From assembly GCA_003344405.1 (NCBI GenBank), contig NOWV01000019.1:496001-560000 (forward strand): a DNA stretch of 64,000 nucleotides. Reading direction: 5' to 3'. This document shows, piece by piece, positions 63,438 through 64,000 of this stretch. The stretch comes from Trichoplax sp. H2. Its lineage: Eukaryota. How positions within the stretch are numbered: the first letter of the stretch is position 1; each line of letters begins with the position of its first letter. The translations under genes and the position numbers were made by a program. The notes beneath the pieces are model-generated. The model saw only the letters and a program-made list of their open reading frames with translations. It was not told the DNA's origin and ran no database searches.

Positions 63438-64000
63438 CTAAGACATTTCATTAATGATTAATAGATTGGTAATTTTTAAGTTATTATCATGATTACGTTT
63501 CACTAGTAGCTATTACTCTAGATTTTATCTTGCAGACATAGCTAAACATTTAAGTCTATAGATTTAAAGATTTGCTGTAACGCTGTCATTTTGTATTTAT
63601 TGCGATTAACATCATTTCAATTAAATATGTGTTATTCTTATTCTTACTCTGTAATCTGCATGTTCGGGACGAAATCGTATTAATAACTTTTGCCAGATTT
63701 TTCTTGAATTTTGCTTTGGAATAGTTGTAATTAAGTATAAAGTTGTGCTATATAATGGGTATGTAACGTAGATATTGAAGGTTTGATGATTTGGCCGATC
63801 GATGTAATAAAAAAGGGAAACCTAAATAATAACAGAATATAGAACTTTCAGCTTTAGCAGCCCTCTGAATATTTTAGTAACCTCCAGTCCTAATTATGGT
63901 TTCAGCTGCAACAACTAAAAGCTTAGCTATTCACGGCTATAAAATAAAAATTTATCTATATTTTCGTAGTACTGTATAGTTAAATTTTTTAACAGCTAAT

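Overview
AT-rich, intron-rich animal genomic DNA, most likely a placozoan (Trichoplax). This is inferred from compact GT-AG introns, gene content and a precursor matching the ELPE neuropeptide as I recall it; it was not database-checked. The ORF track only shows exon fragments, so I rebuilt gene models by hand from splice sites and reading-frame phase. Genes in order: an ELK/Kv12-type KCNH potassium channel (+), ZC3H15 (-), PA2G4/EBP1 (+), a two-exon Uma2/PD-(D/E)xK-like nuclease (+), PAN2 (-), a secreted ELPE-type neuropeptide precursor (+), an NB-ARC-ZU5-UPA-death-domain protein (+), a THAP relic (-) and a 5'-truncated MAM-kringle-SRCR-SRCR-MAM membrane protein (-). Highlights: (1) the apparent 126-bp satellite at 39.0-40.0 kb is an array of 33-nt microexons plus introns, roughly one neuropeptide copy per repeat unit; (2) the KCNH voltage sensor has His in place of two gating Arg and has lost two S2 counter-charges; (3) a STAND ATPase is spliced in frame to a ZU5-UPA-death-fold tail, an NLRP1/PIDD-like layout; (4) a restriction-endonuclease-fold gene with an intron and an NLS-like motif sits between housekeeping genes.
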